From an uncultured Chitinophagales bacterium (GTDB taxonomy: Bacteria > Bacteroidota > Bacteroidia > Chitinophagales > JADIYW01): DNA of 45,549 nt. The DNA lies in the NCBI GenBank assembly GCA_964584555.1, contig CAZPBT010000002.1, positions 1-45,549 of the forward strand. The letters run 5' to 3'. Position numbers and translations under genes: made by a program. Below, in pieces: positions 45,287 to 45,549 of this stretch (position 1 is the stretch's first letter; every line of letters starts with the position of its first letter). The notes under the pieces were generated by a model that was not told the DNA's origin, ran no database searches, and worked only from the letters and a program-made list of their open reading frames with translations.

Positions 45287-45549
45287 GCCGATACGAAATT
45301 ATACTTTATAATGCAATGTCGTTCATCTAAAAAGACAGAATGCTGAAATAAATAAGCGACATACAGGAAAAAGCGTTAATGTATAAAATAAATTTTCAGC
45401 ACAGACAGCTAACCAAATTGAAATGGAAAGTAAAATTAATTCGTGAGGTGAGGGCAGGTAAAGGAATGTCATAGATTGATTTTACTAGTTTATCACCTGT
45501 ACAGCTCCACAGTAAGCAACAGAAAACTAAAGCCTAAAAACAAATAGTA

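Noticed and set aside
1-45549. Search for mobile-element, CRISPR, rRNA/tRNA and canonical defence genes
   Set aside because: I recognised no transposase or integrase motifs, no spacer-repeat architecture, no tRNA cloverleaf-like T-loops and no rRNA. I also recognised no hallmark defence domains such as restriction/modification methylase motifs or Cas, TIR or STAND NTPase signatures. This is a by-eye negative, not a proof of absence.

Overview
This is a 45.5-kb AT-rich chromosomal segment that looks like phylum Bacteroidota. The evidence is TAnnTTTG -7 promoter boxes a few nt upstream of several start codons, no Shine-Dalgarno signals, many lipoproteins and outer-membrane proteins, and Omp85-like/DUF4271/HemD-like and SurA-like/MoxR neighbourhoods. 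I support about 44 protein-coding genes. I recognised no rRNA, tRNA, CRISPR array, transposase or integrase.

Most of the window is housekeeping or ordinary physiology:
- a TetR-controlled TolC/adaptor/FtsX-permease/ABC-ATPase efflux operon, followed by an EmrA-like HlyD gene
- mtgA, a cytochrome P450, a thioredoxin-fold protein, phnA, leuS, an M48 protease, gcvP, mltG and a thioesterase
- an APC amino-acid permease and a SulP anion transporter paired with a beta-carbonic anhydrase
- meaB and a phosphate-porin/DUF47/PiT operon
- an M42 peptidase, a SurA-like PPIase, MoxR and rsmG

The only accessory-looking stretch is about 33.7-36.5 kb. It is markedly AT-richer and bounded on the right by a 15-bp-stem GC-rich hairpin. 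It holds a tightly overlapping three-gene operon (two unrecognisable small multi-pass membrane proteins plus a soluble YkuE/YaeI-type metallophosphoesterase). It also holds a small lipoprotein whose signal peptide lies upstream of any canonical start codon. This operon is my best candidate for an undescribed module, but I cannot assign a function from sequence alone.

Other points worth a second look:
- a 19-copy heptanucleotide tandem array inside the efflux operon
- a promoter-plus-terminator-delimited candidate sRNA between gcvP and mltG
- an orphan terminator or leader upstream of the phosphate operon
- paired 16-bp TetR operator-like sites (one a perfect palindrome)
- a HemD-like protein with a histone-H1-like K/A/P-rich N-terminal tail

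All family calls rest on motifs read by eye and remembered family signatures. No database search was run.
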